A stretch of DNA of 64,000 nt from NCBI GenBank assembly GCA_006218065.1, contig VBWE01000014.1, forward strand, positions 1,618-65,617. The letters run 5' to 3'. The notes below the pieces were generated by a model, which made no database searches, had not been told where the DNA came from, and saw nothing but the letters and a program-made list of their open reading frames with translations. Below are positions 57,808 to 64,000 of the stretch, in pieces (position 1 is the stretch's first letter; each line of letters opens with the position of its first letter). The position numbers and the translations under genes are program-made. This DNA comes from Bacteroidota bacterium. Lineage in GTDB: Bacteria > Bacteroidota > Bacteroidia > Palsa-965.

Positions 57808-57895
57808 ATTTTCGATTTTGGATTGCCGATTTGCGATTTATTCGTGCGGCAGGTTGTGCGCCAATCATAAATCGTCAATCGTAAATCATTTATCC
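57808..57895. terminator. Fourth copy of the GATTGCCGATTTTGG-family repeat, immediately 3' of the SCO gene.
   Basis: TTTTCGATTTTGGATTGCCGATTTGCGATTT … AATCGTCAATCGTAAATC. Confidence 0.45.
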
Positions 57896-58548
57896 AGCCG
57901 GTATCCTTTCAGCAGAGTCTCCATGTCGATCATCAGCCTGTCGACTTCGGAAGAATCCGTTCCATCGTAAATGCCGCGGACATATCCTTCCTTGTCCACC
58001 AGCGAGAAGAGCTGGGAGTGCACAAAATCATCCGCTCCGCCGTTTCCTTCGGTAGTTGAAACGAAATACGATTTGCGGGCCAGTTCGTACAGTTGCGGTT
58101 TATCGCCGGTTACAAAATGCCACTGCGAAGCGTCGGCATGATGCTGTGCGGCGTAAGCGGCAAGGCTTTCAACGGTATCGCGCGCGGGATCAACGGTGTG
58201 AGAGATAAATTTTACTTCCGGGTCGCCCTTGAATTTTTCATACACGCGCTGCATCTGGCTGGTCATTACCGGGCAGATACTTTTGCAATTGGTGAAGAAA
58301 AAATCGGCTACGAAAATGCTGTTTTTAAAATCGGCGCGGGTGACGGTTTTGCCCGACTGGTTAAGGAGACTGAAATCGGAAACGATATGTTTCCCGGCAG
58401 TATCCACCTGCTTGTTCCGGGCTTCCGCTACCGCGTTGATGTACGGCAGTTTTTTCATCGGCTTGTCTTCCCGCCACATGTACCAGCCCGTAAAAGCGAG
58501 CGCGGCGGCGGCAACAGCGATGAGGATATTCTGGATCCGGGTACTCAT
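57886..58548 (-). CDS. SCO1/SenC-family thioredoxin-like copper chaperone.
   Basis: The product has an N-terminal TM anchor and the CxxxC motif FFFTNCKSICP. Confidence 0.8.
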   Translation of the reverse strand: MSTRIQNILIAVAAAALAFTGWYMWREDKPMKKLPYINAVAEARNKQVDTAGKHIVSDFSLLNQSGKTVTRADFKNSIFVADFFFTNCKSICPVMTSQMQRVYEKFKGDPEVKFISHTVDPARDTVESLAAYAAQHHADASQWHFVTGDKPQLYELARKSYFVSTTEGNGGADDFVHSQLFSLVDKEGYVRGIYDGTDSSEVDRLMIDMETLLKGYRLDK

Positions 58549-58792
58549 GCATCAGGGAGATATAAAATTCCTTCGGAATAAATCGTTTACCAGATATGAG
58601 ATGTGAGATATGAGACTCCGTATTTCATCACATACATGTATGCTTCCGTTTGCTGTTAATTATGCTGACAACTCGCTCAGCAAGTCTCAAATCTCAAGTC
58701 TCACATCTCATATCTGGTAAAACAGACGTATTGAATTGTTTACTTTTTATTTCCCTGATCACAATTTTAAACACACCTTCCGGAACTGAAGG

Positions 58793-59623
58793 TTATTTCT
58801 TCACTTCTTCGCCGCCTTTGTACTTGACGGTTTTCACTTTTTTCCCGGCTTCGTCAAACTCCACCCAGTCGCCTTCTTTTTTGCCATCCACGTATTTGCC
58901 CTGCAGTTTTACTTTGCCGCTTTCGAAAAATTCTTTCCATGTGCCGGATTCCTTGTCTTTGACGAATTGCCCGGTGCCGCGCGGTTTACCGCTTTCGTAG
59001 TATTCGTTCGTAACGCCTTCGCGCAGGTTGGTTTTGTAAAGGAGTTCGGTATCCACGTTGCCGTTCTTGTGATAGGTTTTCTGCGCACCTTCGAGGTTCC
59101 CGTTTTTGTATGTCGATTCGGTGCTGAGTTTGCCGTCGGCGAAATACCATTTCGAAACGCCGTCGCGCATATTGTTCACATAGCGGCCTTCTTCCTGCAG
59201 TTTTCCGTCATTATAATACATGCGTTTCACGCCGTTGATTTTTCCCATGCTGTAATCGATATACGATTTCAGCTTGCCGCCGGTGAAATACGTGCGCTGC
59301 AAACCGTCGAGCGTATCGTTTTTATATTTCTCCTCGCGGAAGAACAGGCCCGACTTGTCGATGGCGATGCTGATGCCGTTCTTTTTCCCGTTCCGGTATT
59401 CATCGATATTCGAAACGACGCCGGTACTGTGATAGGCATACCAGGTTCCTTCTTTTTTCCCGTCCACATAATTACCGTACCAGGAAACGGCGTAGATCGT
59501 TTCTTTCCAGAAGCCCTGTTTCCGGTTTTGCGCATCCGTTTTGTTGGTATCGCCGGGGAGCGTGATCGCAAAAAGAGGTGCCGAAAGGAAAAAGAGGGCG
59601 AGCATTGTAAAAACTTTTTTCAT
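58793..59623 (-). CDS. MORN-repeat (YwqK-like) secreted protein.
   Basis: The product has a signal peptide and repeated G.W..Y..G…..Y.NGK..G motifs. Confidence 0.7.
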   Translation of the reverse strand: MKKVFTMLALFFLSAPLFAITLPGDTNKTDAQNRKQGFWKETIYAVSWYGNYVDGKKEGTWYAYHSTGVVSNIDEYRNGKKNGISIAIDKSGLFFREEKYKNDTLDGLQRTYFTGGKLKSYIDYSMGKINGVKRMYYNDGKLQEEGRYVNNMRDGVSKWYFADGKLSTESTYKNGNLEGAQKTYHKNGNVDTELLYKTNLREGVTNEYYESGKPRGTGQFVKDKESGTWKEFFESGKVKLQGKYVDGKKEGDWVEFDEAGKKVKTVKYKGGEEVKK

Positions 59624-59667
59624 AATAACAGGTGTTTTTGATTGCCGGGGTAAAATTACAGAATACA

Positions 59668-60687
59668 TCACCACTTCACTACAATTTTCCCGGTTGATCG
59701 TCTTGACCCGAGAAAATCGTGTGCCTGGGCGAGTTCGTTCGCTGCAAAAACCGCGCCTGTTTGTGGTTTAAAAATACCTGCTTCCGAAAGCCGGGCTACT
59801 TCCCCGAGGCAGCGCTGCAGCAGGTCGGGCCGGTGGTCGGCAATCCGTAGCATATTGATGCCGATGATGGATTTGGACGGCTGCAGCAGGCCGATCGGGT
59901 TGTAGAAACCGAAGCCGAATACAAGGCCCAGCAGGGAAAAGATGTTTCTTTTTTCCAGCCGCTGCGCTGCGCCGTAACCGGCTATTTTCCCGCCGGGTTC
60001 GAGCAAACGAAAACCCTGTTTGAAAACTTTTCCGCCGATGGAATCGAAAACCACGTCCACGCCTTTGCCTTTGCGGATGCGCCGGATCGCCTCATCGAAT
60101 TTTTCCTTGTTGTAGTTGACCGGGAAATCGACGCCGATGCGCCGCAGGTATTCGAATTTTTCATCGCTGCCGGCGGTACCGTAAACCGTGCAGTCCCTGT
60201 ATTTGGCCAGCTGCACCAGCGCAGTGCCTACTCCGCCGGCTGCAGCCTGCACAAGCACGTGTTCGCCGGCATGCAGCCGCATACATTCTTCGGCCGCATA
60301 CCAGGCCGTGCAGTATTGTGTCGCCAGGGCGGCAGCATGCCCGGTTTCCATGTCCTCCGGAATAGCGACGACAGCGCGGAAATCCGTAAGCGCGTGTGTA
60401 GCATACCCGCCGAAACGTGTAAAAGCGATCACGCGCTGTCCCGGCGAAAAAGGAACTGCCGCCGAGCCGGTTTTTTCCACGCGGCCCACCACTTCATAAC
60501 CCAGGATTGCGGGAAGCGGCGGCGCTTCTTTGTAAAGTCCCATGCGCGCCATCACGTCGGCGAAATTCAAACCGAAGGCTTCGACGGAAACGAGTACCTG
60601 GTTTTCGGCCGGGGGAGGCAGTTTTAATTCCCGCCGTTCAAAAGCCTTTGCCGATTCACCGTAACGCGTGAGGTAAAATGCTTCCAT
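59668..60687 (-). CDS. Zinc-type alcohol dehydrogenase / NADPH:quinone oxidoreductase (MDR family).
   Basis: The N-terminus is GroES-like. AAGGVGTALVQLAK is the Rossmann GxGxxG motif. Confidence 0.8.
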   Translation of the reverse strand: MEAFYLTRYGESAKAFERRELKLPPPAENQVLVSVEAFGLNFADVMARMGLYKEAPPLPAILGYEVVGRVEKTGSAAVPFSPGQRVIAFTRFGGYATHALTDFRAVVAIPEDMETGHAAALATQYCTAWYAAEECMRLHAGEHVLVQAAAGGVGTALVQLAKYRDCTVYGTAGSDEKFEYLRRIGVDFPVNYNKEKFDEAIRRIRKGKGVDVVFDSIGGKVFKQGFRLLEPGGKIAGYGAAQRLEKRNIFSLLGLVFGFGFYNPIGLLQPSKSIIGINMLRIADHRPDLLQRCLGEVARLSEAGIFKPQTGAVFAANELAQAHDFLGSRRSTGKIVVKW

Positions 60688-60818
60688 GGGTTGGTTTTTA
60701 TGGCCGTCGGAAAAAATATCAAATGAAAAATGTCAAATACTAAATTTCAAAGTGCCGGAAACTTTAGCGTTTGTGATTTGACATTTTGCATTTGATATTT
60801 TCTGCCCGGGAGCTACGC

Positions 60819-61274
60819 TCATTCTTTGAGTGATTCGAGATCAAGATGCTGATACGTCTGGCTTTTTGAAGGGAAGGTCATCAGCAGGTAGAAATTGAGC
60901 GCTACGGCGAGAAAAAACGGGGCGATGTTGCGGGTGAAGATGACCATGAACAGTGCGGCCATCACGGCGGCGGCCTGCAGCAGCCAGCGCAGCAGCAGTT
61001 GTGAACGGTAACGCTGCAGGCGCGCATGCAGCCTGCCTTCGCGGCGGGCAATCTTCAGTCCTTTGTTGAAGAAATAATGCGAACAAAAAAGAATGGCCAG
61101 CGCAAGCACAACCGGCGCCGCGATTCCCATCAGCGGATTATCGAACGACATAGACACTCTTTTATTCCTGATCCAGAAAAACCAGATCGTACCTGTTGCT
61201 CCCCCGCAAATCAATAAGCAGAAAATAAACCAGATCCGGACCTGTTTCAGGAAAGCGAGAACAATTACCCTCAT
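60819..61274 (-). CDS. Hypothetical 4-TM membrane protein.
   Basis: This is an ORF with a hydrophobicity pattern. It is in an operon-like overlap with the next gene. Confidence 0.5.
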   Translation of the reverse strand: MRVIVLAFLKQVRIWFIFCLLICGGATGTIWFFWIRNKRVSMSFDNPLMGIAAPVVLALAILFCSHYFFNKGLKIARREGRLHARLQRYRSQLLLRWLLQAAAVMAALFMVIFTRNIAPFFLAVALNFYLLMTFPSKSQTYQHLDLESLKE

Positions 61275-62035
61275 CGTTCAAATACTTTTTCGAGTATGGG
61301 AGAATCCGCGATATCTTTCGGCGTAATCACGTCTTCCTCAAGCGGTGTTTTGTTTCCGTATTTTTCTTTGAGCTGTTTGCTCACTTCGCCGGAAGTGAGG
61401 TTCAGCGTTTTCAGTTTCCGGAGTTCACCCAGCCGCAGCGCGATACCTTCGTGGTAAATTTTCCAGACCAGTTCGGAAGCATACAGGGCGTCATCGCCCC
61501 AGCCGAAGTAACGGTCGTACGGTTTTTTGGCATATTGCCGGGCCGCTTTTTTCAGCCGGTCGAGTTTTTTCTCGTTGATGATTTTATTCGCGTTTTTCAG
61601 GCGCATGATCATTACATGCTGGCCGTTTCCGCGGTTCACCCATTCGCGGAGCGAGATGAGCCGGGTGGTATCGTATGCTTCTATGACCACGTACTCGCCG
61701 TTTTTCGGGCGGATGAAAATAACACCCATGTGGTTGTATTTCCAGCCGGTGGCTTTACCGAAAACCTGGCAGTGCGGCGCATCGGAAACCTGGAAAACAA
61801 TATCTCCTTCATACACCGGCGGCAGGGCCACCATATTCACTGTATCGCTGCTGCGTCCGGCGGCGCTGATGATGGAGTCGGCGGTTTCAGGCGAAATGTC
61901 GGTATGCTGGTGGTGATCATGGTCATCGCGCGCCGAATCGGCCGTGTCCGCAGCGTTTTTCTTCGCATCCGTTCCGCACGACCAGCAGCACAGGGCAAAA
62001 ACGGCGATGAAGTACAATATCCTCATTTGAGCCAT
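61271..62035 (-). CDS. YiiX/YebB-family permuted papain-like hydrolase.
   Basis: The product has a signal peptide and the block …GDIVFQ…HMGVIF…YVVIEAY…SELVWKIY. Confidence 0.6.
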   Translation of the reverse strand: MAQMRILYFIAVFALCCWSCGTDAKKNAADTADSARDDHDHHQHTDISPETADSIISAAGRSSDTVNMVALPPVYEGDIVFQVSDAPHCQVFGKATGWKYNHMGVIFIRPKNGEYVVIEAYDTTRLISLREWVNRGNGQHVMIMRLKNANKIINEKKLDRLKKAARQYAKKPYDRYFGWGDDALYASELVWKIYHEGIALRLGELRKLKTLNLTSGEVSKQLKEKYGNKTPLEEDVITPKDIADSPILEKVFER

Positions 62036-63087
62036 TTGTTTTTTCTGAAATAGATGAGCAGGCCGGCGGCAATCGCAATCATGATGCCCCAGACTACGAA
62101 ATACCCGGCTTTGGTTTCCAGTTCGGGCATGTGCTTGAAATTCATCCCGTACACGCCGGCGATGAACGTGAGCGGAACAAAGATCGTGGTGATGATGGTC
62201 AGCGTTTTCATCACCTGGTTCATCCGGTTGCTGATGCTCGACAAATAAATGTCCATCATGCCCGCCAGCAGGTCGCGGTACGTTTCTATGGTATCGATCA
62301 CGCGGATCGTATGGTCGTGCACATCGCGCAGGTAAATGCCCGTCGATTCAGAAAACAGGCGTGTTTCACTGCGTTCGATATTATTCACCATTTCACGCAT
62401 GGGCCATACTGATTTACGGAGATAGATCACTTCCCGCTTGATCTGGTGCAGCCGGCGGAGAACACCGTTGTCCGGACTTTTCAGCAGCAGGTCTTCAATG
62501 TCTTCCAGTTCATCGCCGATCATTTCAAGCACGGAAAAATAAGAATCGACCACGGAATCCATCAGCGTATAAGCCAGGTAATCCGCTTTCTGCTTCCTGA
62601 TCCTGCCTTTACCCTGGCGCAGGCGGTTGCGGATCTGGTCAAACACGTCGCCGCCATCCGCTTCCTGGAAAGAAATAAGCGTATTGTCGTTCAGTAAAAT
62701 GATGACGAGCTGTTCGGAAACCAGTTTCTTTTTGATTTTCGGATTCTCGTACACCATTTTCATGATGCAGGCGATATAATTGTCGTAGTCTTCTACCTTG
62801 GCCCGCTGCATGGTATTGACGATATCCTCGAGCGTGAGCGGATGGATATTGAACCGTGTGCCGATCGATTCTACAATCGCGGTATCGTGTATGCCGTCCA
62901 CATTGATCCATTTCACCTTACCGTTATCGGTATGGTTCATGCATTCGTCGAAATCGGAAAAATCCCGTTCGAAGTATTCCTGCTCGTCGTATTGAATCAG
63001 GGTGATGCTGACCTTTTCCTTCGTGTCCTTACCGAAGTAAACCAGGGTGCCGGGTGGTGTGCCGGATTTTTCTGACAGGTTTTGCAT
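62023..63087 (-). CDS. corA: CorA magnesium/cobalt transporter.
   Basis: The C-terminus has two TM helices with YGMNF, the GMN motif. Confidence 0.85.
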   Translation of the reverse strand: MQNLSEKSGTPPGTLVYFGKDTKEKVSITLIQYDEQEYFERDFSDFDECMNHTDNGKVKWINVDGIHDTAIVESIGTRFNIHPLTLEDIVNTMQRAKVEDYDNYIACIMKMVYENPKIKKKLVSEQLVIILLNDNTLISFQEADGGDVFDQIRNRLRQGKGRIRKQKADYLAYTLMDSVVDSYFSVLEMIGDELEDIEDLLLKSPDNGVLRRLHQIKREVIYLRKSVWPMREMVNNIERSETRLFSESTGIYLRDVHDHTIRVIDTIETYRDLLAGMMDIYLSSISNRMNQVMKTLTIITTIFVPLTFIAGVYGMNFKHMPELETKAGYFVVWGIMIAIAAGLLIYFRKNKWLK

Positions 63088-63300
63088 AGACGGTTTTAAA
63101 CACGCCCTTATTTCTTCTCGGGCATAGCCCGTACGAATTTAGGAGAAAGTTGGGAATAAATAACATTAAGTTAATGCAGGGCACGCCCCGGGGCGTTTCG
63201 TGCAAACCCGGAAGGAATCGCGCATGACTCTCCTGTGCTTATAATCGAAGTAATCTGCACGATCGTGATAATGATCCCGGGGACTTAAAGACCTGCAGTT

Positions 63301-63999
63301 TTAATTTTTTCCCTGCAGCAATGCTTTATTCAGTGCCCGTTCAAAAGCAGGATCGATCGCTGCATTCAGCCGGCGCGCTTCTTCGAGATCGTTTTTCGCA
63401 CCTGTATAGTTTTTCAGGTAATACCTGGAAATACTCCGGGTGACATATGTTTGCGGCTGATCTTTTTTCAATTCCAGTGTACGGCTGGCATCTTCTTCTG
63501 CGCGGTGATAATCACGGAGCATGAAATAAGCGTAGCTGCGATTATTGTAAAGTTCGGGACGCTGCGGGTTCAGCCGGATCGCTTCGTTAAGATATGGCAG
63601 CGCTTTTTCGTGCAGTCCTTCCTGCTGAAAATGATTGCCGAGCATGCTGTGGAAAAAACTCACGGACGGTGATTCTTCCGCACCGGCCACAGCAAAACTG
63701 ATTTCGTTTTTATAAACCGGCAGGCGGGAAAATGTTTTCACGGCAAAAACCAGTACCAGCGCAAATGCCAGCCGCTGCACGATAATTTTTGGAGCCGGGA
63801 TACGGATCTGCGTAATAAAAAGCAACACACCGATCAGCGAAGTATATACACGATGTTCGTAATGTTCGCCGTTGGCGCTGGTTGTGCCGAACCAGGCCGG
63901 GATAAGGATCAGGGCGTAAAACCAGCACAAACCCAGCAGGCATAATTTCCGGTTGTACACGCCGAACCGGAAAGCGGCCGCACCCGCTAAAATAGTCAC
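63301..63999 (-). CDS. Membrane-anchored TPR-repeat protein.
   Basis: The product has N-terminal TM helices and TPR repeats (YNNRSYAYFMLRDYHRAEED…). Confidence 0.6.
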   Translation of the reverse strand: MTILAGAAAFRFGVYNRKLCLLGLCWFYALILIPAWFGTTSANGEHYEHRVYTSLIGVLLFITQIRIPAPKIIVQRLAFALVLVFAVKTFSRLPVYKNEISFAVAGAEESPSVSFFHSMLGNHFQQEGLHEKALPYLNEAIRLNPQRPELYNNRSYAYFMLRDYHRAEEDASRTLELKKDQPQTYVTRSISRYYLKNYTGAKNDLEEARRLNAAIDPAFERALNKALLQGKN

Positions 64000-64000
64000 A

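Overview
This 64 kb window looks like a Bacteroidota chromosome segment, most likely Chitinophagaceae or Cytophagia-like, at roughly 55 % GC. The evidence for that placement is many C-terminal T9SS sorting domains, TAnnTTTG-type -7 promoter boxes and a CarboxypepD_reg/DUF5686 outer-membrane protein. About 55 genes can be supported, mostly housekeeping and cell-surface functions.

The main functional groups are:
- A GT2/GT87 glycosyltransferase pair.
- A frameshifted S8 subtilase with a MAM domain and a T9SS tail.
- mscL.
- A kynurenine-pathway pair (3-hydroxyanthranilate dioxygenase and ACMSD) flanking a TMTC-like TPR membrane protein.
- Five large T9SS cargo proteins: a BNR plus Ig-like protein, two SBBP beta-propeller adhesins and two tandem CotH/P-domain paralogs.
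- purF.
- A seven-domain hybrid histidine kinase.
- recJ, MarR/GNAT, a TAT-exported BBE-like flavoprotein, DAHP synthase/chorismate mutase, tsaA, SCO and corA.

The most system-like feature is a roughly 10.6 kb Ter-type cluster at 33.1-43.7 kb. It holds three TerD paralogs, a HAD-like hydrolase and a PRTase (a putative nucleoside-like metabolite module), three TerY-type vWA proteins, a vWA/zinc-ribbon + PP2C phosphatase + Ser/Thr kinase triad, and a TerC membrane protein. This architecture has so far been described only from comparative genomics, not experiment. The cluster is interleaved with unusual conserved hairpins that show compensatory base changes, and it is invaded or flanked by a roughly 230 bp MITE-like element. 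A second, inverted copy of that element lies 10 kb away.

Several other small repeat families are present: a GATTGCCGATTTTGG terminator family, an identical 43 bp bidirectional terminator at two loci, and an 89 bp tandem palindromic unit. A candidate slipped-strand repeat sits in the 5' end of a giant adhesin gene.
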